This document shows, piece after piece, positions 20,583 through 31,367 of a stretch of 63,886 nucleotides of DNA. The translations under genes were made by a program, and so were the position numbers. The DNA comes from a virus (Duplodnaviria; Caudoviricetes), in IMG/VR virus record IMGVR_UViG_3300050120_000442, positions 1-63,886 of that record. The stretch is one strand, 5' to 3'. Position 1 is the stretch's first letter; every line of letters starts with the position of its first letter. The notes below the pieces were generated by a model that had not been told where the DNA came from, did not search any database, and was given only the letters and a program-made list of their open reading frames with translations.

Positions 20583-20813
20583 ATGCCGTTCTGGGCCATC
20601 GCCCTACTTATCGCGGTCGTAGTCGAGGTCATCGCCTACGCCATCATCCCGAAGCCGGCGGCTCCCAAGCCGCCGGCCGTGCAGGATGAGCAGACCCCGA
20701 CCGCCGACGCGAGCAAGCCGATCCCCGTTATCTTCGGCGAACTCACAGTCAACGGGACCAATGTCTTGTGGGTCGGGAACAAGTCGCAAAACACCTACGA
20801 CGTGACGTCCTGA
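20583..20813 (+). CDS. Small tail assembly protein
   Basis: Hydrophobic N-terminus; PTA....PIPVIFG motif. Confidence 0.7.
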   Translation: MPFWAIALLIAVVVEVIAYAIIPKPAAPKPPAVQDEQTPTADASKPIPVIFGELTVNGTNVLWVGNKSQNTYDVTS

Positions 20814-21013
20814 TGGCTGAACTGATTATCACCCTCAACGACATTCGCCACGCGGGCCGCTGCGGCGCCGGGACCAAGCGTTGGTTTCAAGCCCATGGGC
20901 TGGACTTCCGCGACTTCGTGAAGAACGGCATCCCAGCCTCCAAACTGACCGCGACCGGCGATCACTACGCCCTGGATGTCGTGGCGAAAGCCGAGGCCCG
21001 CGCGAATGGGTAA
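20813..21013 (+). CDS. Small tail assembly protein
   Basis: C..G.K.WF..HGLDF..F...GI motif; TGATG coupling. Confidence 0.7.
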   Translation: MAELIITLNDIRHAGRCGAGTKRWFQAHGLDFRDFVKNGIPASKLTATGDHYALDVVAKAEARANG

Positions 21014-24000
21014 GTCCGCCGCCTCCAAGCAGCAGGTCACTGACTACCTGCTTGACCTCCATCTCGGCGTCTGCACGACGGCCGACGCCCTGACCGGGAT
21101 CTACATCGATACGAAGGCGATCTGGGAAGGCGTGGCCAATGCGCAAACGCCGATCCCGGTCAACTTGCCGCAACTGAACGGCGGCCCAACTCAGAATGGC
21201 GGCCCGCAGGGGACTGTCTACTACCTGCCCGGCAACCCTGACCAGGTCATGCCCGACAACCTGGCCGCCAATTTCGGACTGACCGGCGCCACGTCGCCCG
21301 CCTTCCGCGGCATCGCGACTCTGTTCTTCACCGGCCTGAACAACCTCGATCTGTCCACCATCCTAGAAGGACTCCTGACAGGCGGTCTGGATGCTCTTGG
21401 AAGTCTGACCCGGCCGAACAACGCCTTCATCTGGACCTCCAACGATCCGATCATCGCGCAGAACGTCTCGGCGCGGATGCTGCGCGCGCCCAAGGGGCTA
21501 GATCCCACGATCGCGATGATGACGGAGTCCGTCGAAGTCACGACGGTCACCCACACGGTCACGACGACGAATAGCGACGGGAGTACGACAGACACCACGA
21601 CGTCGAACCAGTTCATCGTCGGCACCGATCCCAACAGCTTCCAGACGTTCGAGGGCGACGTCGTCGTGACGGCGGCGACCAACGTCAACACCGCCAACCC
21701 GGCCCATATCATCTACGAGGCGATGACCAACGTCGCGTGGGGTATGGGATGCCCGAGCGCGGCCTTCGACATCGACAGCTTCGCCGCCGCCGCCACGACC
21801 CTGTTCTCGGAGGGGCTGGGCCTGTCTGTGATGTGGGCGCAGCAATCGACGGTACAGGACTTCGTCAACGAGATCATCAACCACATTCAGGCGGTCCTCT
21901 ACCTGAACCCGACCACTGGGTTGTGGACGCTGATGCTGATCCGAGGCGACTACGACCCTGCGACGCTTCCCGTCTACGACCCGACCAACGCGACCCTGAG
22001 CAACTACCAGCGCAAGCTCTGGGGCGAGACCGTCAACGAAATCTCCGTCACCTGGACGAACCCGATCAACGAGGGCGCGGAGACGGTCACGGTCCAAGAC
22101 CTGGCCAACATCGCCATCCAGGGCGGCTCGAACCCAGACAGCCGCAACTACTACGGCCTTCGTACCGCTGCCCAGGCCACCGCACTGGCCGCGCGGGATC
22201 TGCGAGCTGCCGCAGCACCGCTACGCTCGATGCTGTTGATCGCCGATAGGGCGAGTTGGAAGCGGGTGCCCGGCCAGTGCATCGTCGTGAACTGGCCCGA
22301 GTATCGCGTCGAAGGCGCGATCATGCGGATCGGCAAGATCGACTACGGGAAGAAGACCGACCCGACGATCAAGATCACGCTGCTCGAAGACGTCTTCTCT
22401 CTCGATCACCCCACCTTCACGCAGGCACCGGGCTCGGCCTGGGTTGATCCGACCCAGCCACCGACGCCCATCGACAACGCCGAGATCATCACACTTCCGG
22501 CGTTCTTCACCCTGACGGCCGACTTCCAAGGCGCGCCGATCGAGGTGGACTACCCTGACGTGCTGGCTGCCGCGCTGGTCTATAAACAGGACCGCGAGGT
22601 CGCCAGCTTCGATCTCTACACGCCGATGACCGACGCCACGGGCGCGGACGGCTACGCGCTGGCCGGCACGAAAACGATCACCGAACGATCCGTTCTGTCG
22701 GCTGCTCTGGCGTCTGAGGCGGTCAGCACGGTCCCGAGCGCGATCGTGATCGACACAGACCGCGGTCCGATTGTCAGCGGCTTCGTCTTCATCGGCAACC
22801 ACGACAGCGACTTTGAAATCTGCCTGGTCACCGACACCACTAAGCCGAACATCAGCCTGGCGCGCGGCTGTCTGGATACGGTCCCGAAGGCGTGGCCCGC
22901 CGGCACACCGATATGGTTCACGAACCTCGGCGAACGTTTCGTCGATGAGAAGGTCGTCCGCTCTGTCGGCGAGACCGTCAACTACAAGTTCCTGACTCGG
23001 ACCTCGATCGGCACGCTGGACGAGCCTTCCGCGTTCGTCTTCTCGCAGACCGTGACGGCGCGGCCACACCTTCCGCTGCGGCCCGCCAACGTGAAGGTCA
23101 ACGGTCATGGTTTCGGCGACGTCGCCATTGGCGGATCGACCGACATCACGCTCACCTGGTCAACCCGCAACCGGACCCTGGAAGATGGACAGGCGCTGCG
23201 TTGGACCGACGCGCCGGTAGCGCCCGAGTATCGCCAGGGCACCGTCGTCACGGTCGCCGACAGCACAGGCACCGTCGTTTACCAGCAGTATGGCTTGTGG
23301 ACCGAAGACGATCTGATGATGCCGGCATCGTGGTTCGCCCGCTACTCCGACGTCTACATCACCGTGTCCTCGAACAAGGACGACCTGGCGTCATTACAGG
23401 GCCACGTCATCCATGTCACGGGGCTTCCCGGTGACAGCAGCGCGGCTCTGCCGCCGGCGCCGCCTGCACTGACCGATCCGCCGTCGCCCGCCGCCGCGCC
23501 GCTGCTGGCAAACTGGGAGATCTTCGGAACCAGTGTCTCGGGCACGGACGGTTCGGAGATCCCGGCGATCCAACTTGCGGGCTTTCCCGACGTGGCCTCG
23601 GTCGAAGACCTGGTTATCCGCTACCGGGTGAGCGCATCGGTCCCGTGGTTCGTGGCGCCGCTGATCCCGCTCAAGAACGACTTCATCTCGACCTACATCA
23701 CGGGGGTACTGGCCAAGACGGCCTACGACGTCCAGATCGCCTACCAGCTCAGCTACGGCGCTGACGGCACGATCCTGTCCGAGTGGCTGGATATGGGCAG
23801 CGTCACGACCGGCGCCGGCGTGTCATCGGATTCCGCTGCGCTTGGCGCCCGCATTGCGGGAGAAGTCCTGGCACTTCTCGATGGCGCCGTGGCGGACGGC
23901 GCGGCCCTTCTGGTGAACCTGAACCAGGCGATCGAGGACGCCGAGGTCTCTGCCGAAACGATCATCGCGCAGGCGATGCTGCAGACCCAGGTCCACGGTT

Positions 24001-25334
24001 ACCTGGAGGCGATGACCTATATCAACGATCAGCCGATCGGTCCGATCGTCCAGAATACTCAGGTCACGACCGCTACCCTGGTCGAGACGATCGCTATCAT
24101 GGGAACCGCCGACCTGACCGGCGGCGTGTTCGCCCTGAATATCACCGCCCTGTCGATCGACCCGATCACAGGCGAGAAGCTGAGCGATCGCTTCGCCACG
24201 CTGACCGCGAACGACAACGCGAACGCCGCAGCGACGACCACGGAGCAGACCGCGAGGGCGACCGCAGACACTGCGGAAGCGACGGCCCGCCTTGCCCTGG
24301 CCGTGACCGTGGGTGTCAACACCGCCGCCATTGCGAACAACTTCTCGACCCTGACGACCGCCGATACCGCCGAAGCGACCGCCCGCTTGGCACTGGCCGC
24401 CGTGGTGTCAACCAACTCGGCTACGATGACCACCAATGCCACGGCGGCGGCGACCGCCAACTCGGCGACCGCGTCGGAGTTGCACACCCTCGGCGCCTGG
24501 AACGGCGCCCACACGGCATTCAACATCGTCACGGCGAACACGACCTGGGACGGCGTCCAGACAGTCGCGAGTTATCTGACCGGCGTCACCGCATCGTTCG
24601 CCACGACCAACGCCGCCGTAGCCACAGAGGCGACCACGCGAGCTACGGCCGACACGTCAGAGGCCACGCTACGCACGGCCCTGGCCTCCACGGTCGGCAC
24701 GCACACGTCATCGATCAGTTTCATCCTGAGCGCGCTGGGCGGCAATCAGGCGACCGCGGTTCTGGCTGTTGACGTCAACGGCCATGTCACCGGCTTCACG
24801 ATCAATGGCTCGACCGCCCAGTTTGGCATCGTAGCCTCCGAGTTTGCGATCGTCGATCCGGGTGGTGGCGGGATCGCCACGTCGCCGTTCGTCTACTCGG
24901 CCGGCATCATCTACCTGAACAACACCGTCTACGCCCAGGCGATCATCGCCAACTCGATTACGACCGATCACCTGGTCAATAACTCGGTCACGGTTCCGTA
25001 CAACACCAGCATCGGCAGCTTCGCGCCCGGAACCGGCAGCGATCAGCAGATCATGGCGTTCACCGTCGTCATGGTGCGCCCCGGCTACATCAAGGTCGCA
25101 GCAACCATCAGCCTGGGCTTCTCGGCGATCCCGACATCTTGGAGCTGCCGCCTGCAGATCAACGGCGGCATTTACGCCATCGCCTCGGGCACGGTCCCTG
25201 GAGATAGCGTGGCGCTTAGCGGCGTCTGCATGGGCCTGGCTGCCGGCAGCTACGTCGTCGAAATCGTAGTCAACAACGGAAGCCATATCACGCCGGGCAG
25301 CTGCAATCTCGACGGACAGGGGACCTATAAATGA
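21006..25334 (+). CDS. Central tail fibre / tail tip protein
   Basis: ANPAHIIYE, E.LGLS..W, RG.LDTVP motifs; C-terminal Ala/Thr coiled coil and beta-rich end. Confidence 0.85.
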   Translation: MGKSAASKQQVTDYLLDLHLGVCTTADALTGIYIDTKAIWEGVANAQTPIPVNLPQLNGGPTQNGGPQGTVYYLPGNPDQVMPDNLAANFGLTGATSPAFRGIATLFFTGLNNLDLSTILEGLLTGGLDALGSLTRPNNAFIWTSNDPIIAQNVSARMLRAPKGLDPTIAMMTESVEVTTVTHTVTTTNSDGSTTDTTTSNQFIVGTDPNSFQTFEGDVVVTAATNVNTANPAHIIYEAMTNVAWGMGCPSAAFDIDSFAAAATTLFSEGLGLSVMWAQQSTVQDFVNEIINHIQAVLYLNPTTGLWTLMLIRGDYDPATLPVYDPTNATLSNYQRKLWGETVNEISVTWTNPINEGAETVTVQDLANIAIQGGSNPDSRNYYGLRTAAQATALAARDLRAAAAPLRSMLLIADRASWKRVPGQCIVVNWPEYRVEGAIMRIGKIDYGKKTDPTIKITLLEDVFSLDHPTFTQAPGSAWVDPTQPPTPIDNAEIITLPAFFTLTADFQGAPIEVDYPDVLAAALVYKQDREVASFDLYTPMTDATGADGYALAGTKTITERSVLSAALASEAVSTVPSAIVIDTDRGPIVSGFVFIGNHDSDFEICLVTDTTKPNISLARGCLDTVPKAWPAGTPIWFTNLGERFVDEKVVRSVGETVNYKFLTRTSIGTLDEPSAFVFSQTVTARPHLPLRPANVKVNGHGFGDVAIGGSTDITLTWSTRNRTLEDGQALRWTDAPVAPEYRQGTVVTVADSTGTVVYQQYGLWTEDDLMMPASWFARYSDVYITVSSNKDDLASLQGHVIHVTGLPGDSSAALPPAPPALTDPPSPAAAPLLANWEIFGTSVSGTDGSEIPAIQLAGFPDVASVEDLVIRYRVSASVPWFVAPLIPLKNDFISTYITGVLAKTAYDVQIAYQLSYGADGTILSEWLDMGSVTTGAGVSSDSAALGARIAGEVLALLDGAVADGAALLVNLNQAIEDAEVSAETIIAQAMLQTQVHGYLEAMTYINDQPIGPIVQNTQVTTATLVETIAIMGTADLTGGVFALNITALSIDPITGEKLSDRFATLTANDNANAAATTTEQTARATADTAEATARLALAVTVGVNTAAIANNFSTLTTADTAEATARLALAAVVSTNSATMTTNATAAATANSATASELHTLGAWNGAHTAFNIVTANTTWDGVQTVASYLTGVTASFATTNAAVATEATTRATADTSEATLRTALASTVGTHTSSISFILSALGGNQATAVLAVDVNGHVTGFTINGSTAQFGIVASEFAIVDPGGGGIATSPFVYSAGIIYLNNTVYAQAIIANSITTDHLVNNSVTVPYNTSIGSFAPGTGSDQQIMAFTVVMVRPGYIKVAATISLGFSAIPTSWSCRLQINGGIYAIASGTVPGDSVALSGVCMGLAAGSYVVEIVVNNGSHITPGSCNLDGQGTYK

Positions 25335-25819
25335 ACGGCTATCTGGGCGTCTTCTTCAATCCCGGCCAGGGCTCTCGCGGCCTCACGCCACAGGATGCTG
25401 TGATCCTGCCCGTCCAGGGACCGCCAACCGTCCCGCACGGGGCCTTCTACGACCCCGCGCAGGCGGTGAATGGCCGCTGCGCCATCATGGGAACCTTCTC
25501 TGGAGAAGTGGCGCCTACCGAGACGCGCGCCTTCCTGGAGACCGGGGAGCACGATCGAAACTATTCCGAAACCCACTGCGTCGATGTCAGTGGGGCCACC
25601 CCTGTCCTAGTTGAAGCCCTCCCGATGACGGCGATCTGGGACCAGGTCACGCAGACCCTATCGGGATTGCCCGAGCCGTGTCTGATCTGGATCGACGGGG
25701 TGTTCCTGGAGACCTGCACGGACGGGATGGCTACCTTCGGCGGCCTGTTGCACGGCTCCTACAAGCTTCAGGTCCGCGCTGTCGGCTTCACCCCCAAGAC
25801 TTTCGCGGTGACGGTGTGA
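25331..25819 (+). CDS. Hypothetical tail-region protein
   Basis: Overlap-coupled ORF after the tail tip. Confidence 0.55.
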   Translation: MNGYLGVFFNPGQGSRGLTPQDAVILPVQGPPTVPHGAFYDPAQAVNGRCAIMGTFSGEVAPTETRAFLETGEHDRNYSETHCVDVSGATPVLVEALPMTAIWDQVTQTLSGLPEPCLIWIDGVFLETCTDGMATFGGLLHGSYKLQVRAVGFTPKTFAVTV

Positions 25820-26025
25820 CCGACTACAGCGGCCATAGACCCGACCACAAGATCAAGCGCCAAGACGCCTTTGAAGCCGAAGGTCTGACCGCGCTCGAAC
25901 TCCTGGACGCCATTCTCAGCGACATCGACCCCAAGTGCCTGGGGCCGAACGGCTTAGCCGTGCTCGCCAAGCGCCAGGCCATCAAGGCACGCATCCCTAA
26001 ACCCTCGGAGATCAAGACCAAATGA
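25816..26025 (+). CDS. Hypothetical protein (possible fibre chaperone)
   Basis: GTGA overlap; ends RQAIKARIPKP. Confidence 0.5.
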   Translation: MTDYSGHRPDHKIKRQDAFEAEGLTALELLDAILSDIDPKCLGPNGLAVLAKRQAIKARIPKPSEIKTK

Positions 26026-26294
26026 CGACCCCTCTCGAAGACGCCATGGCCGCCCACAAAGCCGCTACCGATACCATCGCAAAGATCCCGCAAGCGGACG
26101 TCCTGGCCAAGCTCAACGATCTGCTGAGTGCCGATGCGTTCACCAGCGCCTTGGTGGAAATGGAGCCGCTCTTGCGCGTGGCGCCGCAAGGCACCGTTCA
26201 GCAGTCCCTGGTCAACATGATCACCAGCGCGCGCACGGCCGTCGAGGCCGTGAAGCAGGCACAGGCTGCGGCCGTCGCCCCCACCAAAGCCTGA
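26022..26294 (+). CDS. Hypothetical protein
   Basis: ATGA overlap; phage-like codon use. Confidence 0.55.
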   Translation: MTTPLEDAMAAHKAATDTIAKIPQADVLAKLNDLLSADAFTSALVEMEPLLRVAPQGTVQQSLVNMITSARTAVEAVKQAQAAAVAPTKA

Positions 26295-26308
26295 ATCGGA
26301 GAACCTGA

Positions 26309-26848
26309 ATGACGACCTCGGATAACCCCACCTTCCTCGCCGCGATGACTCCGCTCTGGCATCAGCTCGGAGCCGGGGCGTTGTCCGAGGCCGACTTCAT
26401 GACGGCCGCCGAACCCGTCCTGGATGCCTGGGGCGGTTCGGACCTGCTGTCGAACCGCGCCCTATCCAAGCTGATCGTGGACACCATGGGGCGGGTTCAG
26501 AATACGCTGATGCTCCCCATCATCATCGAAGGATCGGCGGGGCCGGGGGAGCGGGTGTTCACCCAGTTCATCACGGCCAGCGGTATCCTGAGCCCGTCGA
26601 TCTGCGGCGGCCGGGTGTTGAACCTGCCGACTGAGACTTGGGTATTGACCCTGAAGAAGTGGTCGGCAACCGGCGGCGGGTTCGTGGATTGGGGGACCGT
26701 CACCGTCTCCACGGCCGGCGTGGTCGCCGTCTCGATCCCTGATCCGCAATTGATCGCGGGAGATCTGCTTGCCGGTTTCGCCCCGGCCACCCAGGACGCC
26801 ACGTTCGCCAATTTCTTCGGCGCCCTGACCGGCAGCGACGTGCTGTAA
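26309..26848 (+). CDS. Hypothetical virion-region protein
   Basis: GGAG SD; in the tail operon. Confidence 0.55.
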   Translation: MTTSDNPTFLAAMTPLWHQLGAGALSEADFMTAAEPVLDAWGGSDLLSNRALSKLIVDTMGRVQNTLMLPIIIEGSAGPGERVFTQFITASGILSPSICGGRVLNLPTETWVLTLKKWSATGGGFVDWGTVTVSTAGVVAVSIPDPQLIAGDLLAGFAPATQDATFANFFGALTGSDVL

Positions 26849-26909
26849 TAATCAACCAAATAGTATATCATCAACCAAAACGTAATTCCAACCCAACCGG
26901 AGACGACAC

Positions 26910-27338
26910 ATGGCTAAGAGTTCCACGTTCGACAACGACTTCCTGAAGCTCATCTTCAACGCGACTCCGATCGCCAACCTGGCCGACAACGCGGCCAGCT
27001 CGCCGTTGACCAACCTCTATATCTCACTCCACACTGCCGACCCGACCGCTGCCGGCACCCAGTCGTCCAACGAAGCGACCTACACCGGCTACGCCCGCGT
27101 CTCCACCGCCCGCACCACGGGCGCCTGGACTGTCACCGGCGCCAGCGTGTCACCCGTCTCCAATATCACCTTCCCCCCCTGCACCGCCGGCTCCAGTTCG
27201 GTAACCTACATGGGCGTGGGCGTTGCCTCCACCGGCGCGACCAAGCTGCTGTGGTCCGGGCCTGTGTCTCCGACGATCGCTGTCACAGCCGGCGTCACGC
27301 CGCTAATCAGCACCGCCACGACCATCGGCGAGGCCTAA
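26910..27338 (+). CDS. Fibre-associated structural protein
   Basis: LY.SLHTADP...E..YTGYARV motif common in phage fibre-locus proteins; GGAG SD. Confidence 0.65.
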   Translation: MAKSSTFDNDFLKLIFNATPIANLADNAASSPLTNLYISLHTADPTAAGTQSSNEATYTGYARVSTARTTGAWTVTGASVSPVSNITFPPCTAGSSSVTYMGVGVASTGATKLLWSGPVSPTIAVTAGVTPLISTATTIGEA

Positions 27339-27366
27339 GTCAAACCACCAACCCAGGAGTAGTTAG

Positions 27367-29835
27367 ATGGCAACGCGCTACTGGGTTGGTGGGACCGGCA
27401 CTTGGGACGCCTCAACGACCACGCACTGGTCAGCTACGTCCGGCGGCTCGGGAGGGGCTACCGCCCCCACTTCTACCGACGACGCTGTCTTCGATAGCGC
27501 CTCGAACGCGACCGCCTACACCGTCAACCCCAGTTCAGGGGTGTGCGCGAACCTCACCATGGCGGCCCCCGCATCGGGGTCTGTCACGCTCGCTAATGGC
27601 GCGCTCGCGATCTCGGCCAGTGTGGCGCTCGCGGTAAGCGGAGTCGTTACGACGGCTACCTTGACCCTTACATCAACATCTACCGGCAACACGATCACCA
27701 CCAACGGGATCACGGTCGGACCGCTCACGTTTGACGGCGTCGGCGGGGGTTGGACCCTTTCGGGTAATGTGGTCAGCAGCGGCGAGGTCAACCTCAATAA
27801 TGGTGCGCTGAGTCTAGGAAACAATAACCTAACCTGTACCGACGTGCGGACCAGCAACTCCAATACCCGAAGCATCGCATTCGGTGTCGGCGGCATATAT
27901 TTAACAGGCAGCAGCAACACTGCCATATTCTACGCAAACACCGCCACGGGGCTGACGCTTACCGGAAGCAAGAACGTATACCTCACCTATTCAGGGTCGG
28001 TAGGTACGCGGTCGATCAATTGGGGTGTGAATGGCGGGACCGTCTCCAACGCCCTCAACGTCTTTGTGACAGGGGGAACCGACACAATCGACGTTGCTAT
28101 GAGCCAGATAGCCAGTCTCGACCTGACAGGCTTCTCCGGGACTATCACAGCAGGGGCAGCCACGACCACTGTGTACGGAAATCTCGTCGTGCCGGCGGCA
28201 GTGACATCCACTGTTGTAGGCGGGAATAATAAGGGCCTGACGTTTGCTCCCCCGACCGGAACAACAGCCACCATCACGACAAACGGTGTCGTAGTTGGCT
28301 TCGCAGTGATGATAAACGGCGCGGGCGCTGTCCAGCTCGCCGGGGACCTATCCCTAAACACTGCCCACACGCTGACCCTGACAGCCGGTACGTTCGATGC
28401 GAACGGCTACAATGTCACCACGGGGATATTCTCATCACCAGGTAGTAGCGCCCGAACCCTGCTGATGGGTAGCGGAACTTGGACGATCACTGGCAGCAGC
28501 ACCTCGGCCTGGGGTGTCGCGGCGACGGGACTAACCATCACCCCAGGCACGTCGCTCATCGACATGACCTCGGCCAGCGCCAAGACGTTCGCGGGCGGCG
28601 GCCTGACCTACTACAACGTCCGCCAGGGCGGCCTCGGCACGCTGACGATCACCGGCAACAACGCATTCAACGACATCAAGAACAACGCCCAGCCGGCGAG
28701 CATCCTGTTTACGCCAAGCGCTACTCAGACCATCGCGAACCTCGCTCTGGCCGGAACTTCTGGGAACCTGATCACCCTCGACACCACTACGGGGGCCGGG
28801 ACGTTCACGCTCAGTTCCCCGTCCGGCCTGCGCTCTGTCTCCTACTGTTCGATCACCAGGTCCACGGCCTCTGGTGGGGCGACATGGTACGCCCGCGCGA
28901 TAGATGGCAACGTCGATGGCGGCAGCAACACCGGCTGGGTATTTTCGGCAATCTCCATCGCCGCGGTCGTAGGGTCATCATCTGTCGCGGGGGTTGGCGT
29001 TGCCCAGGTGGTCACCACAGGCACGGTAACCGGCTGCGGCACCCTCGCGGGCGTCGGCCAGTCCGTCGCTATTGCCACCGGGACGATCACGGGTAGCGGC
29101 ACCGTTGCCGGGGTCGGTGGCTCGACCGCCGCAACCAGGGGCGTCGCGGCTGGCAACAGCACCGTGAGCGGGGTCGGCATCACCCTCGGCGTTTCGGTCG
29201 GCACCCTCGCGGGCAACAGCACCGTCGCCGCTGTCGGTCACTCCACCGCCGAAGCAGCAGGCACACTGGTCGGCTCTAGTTCGGTGGTCGGGAACGACGC
29301 GGCCACGGGCGTAATGGTCGGCACGCTCACGGGCATGTCGTCAGTGGTTGGCAGCATCACCGCGCTCACGCCAACCGTTGGGAACGTGCTCGGGACTAGT
29401 TCAGTTGCGGCCATCGGAGCGTCCACGGCCCTGTCTACGGGATCGCTGACGGGGGCTGCAAACGTGGTTGGCGTCGGGCAGTCTTTCGCCGTGTCCACCG
29501 GCATTATGATCGGGGGCGGCACCCTGGCCGGCGCCGGCCGATCGACCGCCGTATCGGTCGGCTCGCTCACCGGCATCAGCACGGTTGCGGGCACCGGGCA
29601 GGCCAACGCGCTATCTACCGGCGCGATCCTTGGCCTGGGTACGATCGCTGGCGCGATCACCGCAGAGATCTTCACCACGGGCACCCTGACCGGGTCGTCG
29701 TTCCTCAACGGCTACGAGCACGCTATCGCGACGATGACCGGCACCCTGACGGGCGGCAGCGTTCTCTTCGCTCGAACACGCGGCCGAAACAGCCATTACA
29801 CCATGCGGCGACTCTCGATCGCCCGAACCGCCTGA
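27367..29835 (+). CDS. Gly/Thr-rich fibre protein (beta-helical N part, 20-aa repeats in C part)
   Basis: RYWVGG.G.W N-terminus; GNVDGGSNTGW; about 13 repeats with a 20-aa period. Confidence 0.7.
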   Translation: MATRYWVGGTGTWDASTTTHWSATSGGSGGATAPTSTDDAVFDSASNATAYTVNPSSGVCANLTMAAPASGSVTLANGALAISASVALAVSGVVTTATLTLTSTSTGNTITTNGITVGPLTFDGVGGGWTLSGNVVSSGEVNLNNGALSLGNNNLTCTDVRTSNSNTRSIAFGVGGIYLTGSSNTAIFYANTATGLTLTGSKNVYLTYSGSVGTRSINWGVNGGTVSNALNVFVTGGTDTIDVAMSQIASLDLTGFSGTITAGAATTTVYGNLVVPAAVTSTVVGGNNKGLTFAPPTGTTATITTNGVVVGFAVMINGAGAVQLAGDLSLNTAHTLTLTAGTFDANGYNVTTGIFSSPGSSARTLLMGSGTWTITGSSTSAWGVAATGLTITPGTSLIDMTSASAKTFAGGGLTYYNVRQGGLGTLTITGNNAFNDIKNNAQPASILFTPSATQTIANLALAGTSGNLITLDTTTGAGTFTLSSPSGLRSVSYCSITRSTASGGATWYARAIDGNVDGGSNTGWVFSAISIAAVVGSSSVAGVGVAQVVTTGTVTGCGTLAGVGQSVAIATGTITGSGTVAGVGGSTAATRGVAAGNSTVSGVGITLGVSVGTLAGNSTVAAVGHSTAEAAGTLVGSSSVVGNDAATGVMVGTLTGMSSVVGSITALTPTVGNVLGTSSVAAIGASTALSTGSLTGAANVVGVGQSFAVSTGIMIGGGTLAGAGRSTAVSVGSLTGISTVAGTGQANALSTGAILGLGTIAGAITAEIFTTGTLTGSSFLNGYEHAIATMTGTLTGGSVLFARTRGRNSHYTMRRLSIARTA

Positions 29836-29909
29836 CCCCCTATCAGGTGTTGCCGCAAAATCAACCCCGTGCTACATAATCAACCGTCTGTTGATTTTAG
29901 ATCGGGACC

Positions 29910-30434
29910 TTGATGCTCGGCAATTACGACCCGTCCGAAGCCCTGGTCATCGCCGACGAAGGTTCGGCCTTCACGAATAACCCAAAAGATGCAGGCGGCC
30001 CCACACGCTACGGCGTCACCATGATCGCCCTGGCCGACTTCCTCGGGCGCCCGGTATCGATCGCCGAAGTCCAGGCGCTCACCCCCGACTCCGTCAAACC
30101 GATCTACAAGGCCAACTATTGGACCGCCGTGCGCGGCGACGAACTGCCTGCCGGCGTGGACTACTTCCTGTTTGACGCCGCCGTCCAGCACGGTCGGGGC
30201 AGGGCGGTGCGGTTCCTGCAGAGCGCCCTGTTGGTGGATGCTGATGGCGACTTCGGCGACAAGACCAAGCGCGCCCTCGACGGCATCAGCGACACCGTCA
30301 TGCTTATCACGCGGCTTAGCCAAATCCGGCGCGCCTTCTACCAGGGCATTCCCTCCTTCGACACCTTCGGCAAGGGCTGGACGGCCCGGCTGGCGCGCGT
30401 CACCGCGACTTCCACCAACTGGGCAAGGAACTGA
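29910..30434 (+). CDS. Endolysin, glycosyl hydrolase family 108 with PG-binding tail
   Basis: EG...N.P.D.GG.T.YGVT; FD.AV.HG; F..FGKGW..R. Confidence 0.9.
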   Translation: MMLGNYDPSEALVIADEGSAFTNNPKDAGGPTRYGVTMIALADFLGRPVSIAEVQALTPDSVKPIYKANYWTAVRGDELPAGVDYFLFDAAVQHGRGRAVRFLQSALLVDADGDFGDKTKRALDGISDTVMLITRLSQIRRAFYQGIPSFDTFGKGWTARLARVTATSTNWARN

Positions 30435-30436
30435 CC

Positions 30437-30886
30437 ATGGGCATCCTGAACGACGCCGAGGACTTGAGCGGCGGAATCCTCTGGAAGGCTGGCGCGGTTG
30501 CGGGCGGCGTGGCGGCCGTGGTGCTGGGCATCGCGCTCACCGTGTCGAACGTCGAGAAGGGTCACCTTCAGAAGGACTACGACAAGGTCGAGCTGACGAT
30601 CAGCGATCCGCACACGGGTTACCTGGTGCAACTCGCCCAGAGCCGGACCAACGTGGATACTCTGACGGTCCAGGTGAACTCGCAGAACGACCGGATCAAC
30701 GCCATCTCGGCCGCCGACTCGGCCCGGATCGCCGCGCTGACACTGGCCGTCGATACGGCCAACCAAGCGGCGGCCGTGAGCCACTCCAAGATGCTGGCCG
30801 TCATGTCGGCCCCGCTCACCGCAGCGACCGCCTGCGGCCAGTACGACGAGGTCGATGCCCGCGTCCTGAGCCTGCTTCCCCAGTGA
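30437..30886 (+). CDS. Inner-membrane spanin (Rz-like)
   Basis: N-terminal TM helix plus coiled coil, after the lysin. Confidence 0.65.
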   Translation: MGILNDAEDLSGGILWKAGAVAGGVAAVVLGIALTVSNVEKGHLQKDYDKVELTISDPHTGYLVQLAQSRTNVDTLTVQVNSQNDRINAISAADSARIAALTLAVDTANQAAAVSHSKMLAVMSAPLTAATACGQYDEVDARVLSLLPQ

Positions 30887-31062
30887 GTCAAAAGTTCCTG
30901 CTCAGCGCCGATCTCAAGGATACTCCAGGCCGGGTGAAGCTGACGTTCCTGGAGATAACCGTCGAGTACGCCCCGAACAACCGGGACTTCGACGCGCGTC
31001 CGTTCAACCTCCTGGATGCTGATCACCCGATCGTCCAGGTCATCAAGGAATCCTTCAAATGA
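30883..31062 (+). CDS. Small hypothetical protein between the spanin genes
   Basis: GTGA and ATGA overlaps with both neighbours. Confidence 0.5.
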   Translation: MSQKFLLSADLKDTPGRVKLTFLEITVEYAPNNRDFDARPFNLLDADHPIVQVIKESFK

Positions 31063-31367
31063 AGCGCCTTCTCATCGCCGCGGCATCAGTCGGTCTGCTG
31101 CTGGGCGCCTGCGTGGCGACTCCCTCGCCCGCGCCCCCCACGGAAATTGTGACGCAGGACGTGGACAAGCCTGTCGCCGCGTCCTGCGTGCCACCGAACG
31201 TCGGTCCAGCGCCGACAGGTTATGCTGACGACCCGACCGCCATGCGGGCCGCGAAGTCGGGCGCCGCGCGCTATGACCTCTCCGTCCAGGGCAGTTCGGA
31301 CAAAACCGACCGCCTGAACACTATTGAGCCCGTGCTCGAAGCCTGCCGCAAGGCGGGCGCCAAATGA
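31059..31367 (+). CDS. Outer-membrane spanin lipoprotein (Rz1-like)
   Basis: Lipobox LLGAC; Pro-rich; extra Cys residues. Confidence 0.7.
   Translation: MKRLLIAAASVGLLLGACVATPSPAPPTEIVTQDVDKPVAASCVPPNVGPAPTGYADDPTAMRAAKSGAARYDLSVQGSSDKTDRLNTIEPVLEACRKAGAK

Noticed and set aside
21006-29835. Diversity-generating retroelement or invertible fibre cassette
   Set aside because: No reverse transcriptase, invertase or TR/VR-like repeat pair was seen.
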